Source: Myxococcota bacterium (GTDB taxonomy: Bacteria > Myxococcota_A > UBA796 > GCA-2862545). From it: 26,000 bases of DNA. Position numbers and translations under genes: made by a program. Under the pieces are notes generated by a model, which searched no databases, was not told the DNA's origin, and saw only the letters and a list, made by a program, of their open reading frames with translations. Location: NCBI GenBank assembly GCA_039208735.1, contig JBCCQY010000130.1:1-26000 (forward strand), given 5' to 3'. Shown here in pieces: positions 25,036 through 26,000 of this stretch (its first letter is position 1; every line of letters starts with the position of its first letter).

Positions 25036-26000
25036 CAGGGCTCCTGGGCGGACTGCGCCGTAAAGGTGGTGCGACCGTTCTTGCAGCAACGCCCTTCGCG
25101 CGAGACGACGAGGGCATCACCATCCACGAGGTCGCGATGTCCGGTGACCACCACGCGGTCACCGGGCTTGAGGCCGCTCTTGATAAGCACGCGGTCGTGG
25201 AGCACATCGCCGAGTTCGATGTCGCGCCACACCGCCGTGTTCTCGTTGACGACGAACACGCCACGCCGGTCTCGCTTCGTGACGATCCAGTCCTGCGGAA
25301 TGACCATGGCGTCCTGAAACAACGGCCGTTCCGCCTTAACGCGAGCGATCATGCCAGGCAGGAGCAGGCGCTCCTCATTGGGAACCTCAACCTCGACCGG
25401 AAAGGAACGGGTTCGCAGGTCGGCCGCTGGCGAGACGCGGCTCACCGTGCCGTCGAAGGTCTTGGAACGAGACGCCGCCGTCACCTTCACTGGCATGCCC
25501 TTTTCGATGGAGACCACGTCGCGGTCGGCCACCGAAAGGTTGACGACGGCAGGGTCGAGCTGCACCACCCGCACCACGGGGGCTCCGGGCGCAACCGATT
25601 CACCTTGTTCAACGCCAACCGTTGCGACGACACCCGCGAAGGGAGCGCGAATCACCGCTCGCGCCATGCGGTTCTGCGCCTGCGACAACGAAGCGCGAGC
25701 CACCTTTTGCTGGGTTCCCGCGCCATCGAGCTGGGCAGGACTGGCGAGGTCTCCCAGGGCTTGGAGGCGCTTCAGCTCCACCTCGGCCTGGTCGAGCTGG
25801 GCTTTCGCCTGATCGAGTTGGGCCCGGTACAGCGAGGCGTCGACATAGGCCAGGACCTGCCCCTCGGTCACCTCCTGCCCCTCGGCGACAAACACCTGCT
25901 CGACGTAGCCCCCGTTGGCCGCGGCGAGGGTGGCGGCGCGCGCGCCGCCCACCACGCCGGGCCGGTCCAGCTCGAGCGTCGCGGCGGCCCGCTCGAGGCC
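25035..26000 (-). CDS. RND periplasmic adaptor (membrane fusion protein), 5'-truncated by the window edge
   Basis: Lipoyl halves GYVEQVFVAEGQEVTEGQVL and IRAPFAGVV around a helical hairpin, plus TRSFPVEVEVPN, LLPGM and SGLKPGDRVV. The frame is open to the window end. Confidence 0.93.
   Translation of the reverse strand, partial: GLERAAATLELDRPGVVGGARAATLAAANGGYVEQVFVAEGQEVTEGQVLAYVDASLYRAQLDQAKAQLDQAEVELKRLQALGDLASPAQLDGAGTQQKVARASLSQAQNRMARAVIRAPFAGVVATVGVEQGESVAPGAPVVRVVQLDPAVVNLSVADRDVVSIEKGMPVKVTAASRSKTFDGTVSRVSPAADLRTRSFPVEVEVPNEERLLLPGMIARVKAERPLFQDAMVIPQDWIVTKRDRRGVFVVNENTAVWRDIELGDVLHDRVLIKSGLKPGDRVVVTGHRDLVDGDALVVSREGRCCKNGRTTFTAQSAQEP

Noticed and set aside
24325..25317. 330-aa plus-strand ORF
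   Set aside because: Antisense shadow of the RND and adaptor genes.
25921..26000. Very GC-rich end (69 of 80 nt) with an 8-bp inverted repeat (CTCGAGCG/CGCTCGAG)
   Set aside because: It lies within the open adaptor frame. More likely Ala/Gly/Arg codons or lower-quality end sequence than a separate element.
1..26000. CRISPR arrays, tRNA/rRNA, transposases, integrases, toxin-antitoxin or phage-defence genes
   Set aside because: No regularly spaced DNA repeats, cloverleafs or diagnostic motifs were seen. The only tandem repeats are protein-level (TSP1, Pro/Ala tract).

Overview
GC-rich bacterial chromosomal window with about 23 densely packed CDSs, both end genes truncated. The Cys-rich lipoproteins, kinase-like membrane protein and Tad pseudopilins suggest Myxococcota or a related deltaproteobacterial lineage (inference only). 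Housekeeping genes: long-chain acyl-CoA ligase, NUDIX hydrolase, suhB-like inositol monophosphatase, dtd, NDP-sugar nucleotidyltransferase, priA, class II aldolase-family protein and gloB. These are interleaved with many envelope genes. (i) A translationally coupled minus-strand operon runs pseudokinase-dtd-suhB-two DUF4349-like paralogues-CAAX/CPBP protease. (ii) A lipoprotein consists of five full and one short ADAMTS-type thrombospondin type-1 repeats. (iii) There is a FadL/PorV-like beta-barrel. (iv) A stand-alone TadG(vWA)-TadE-TadE minor pilin cassette is present. (v) A lipoprotein carries a degenerate CAP domain. (vi) An RND efflux system has the permease and a TolC-like channel in one ORF, joined by what looks like an internal cleavable signal peptide. 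No rRNA, tRNA, CRISPR array or mobile element was recognised. All family calls come from motif recognition by eye; no searches were run.
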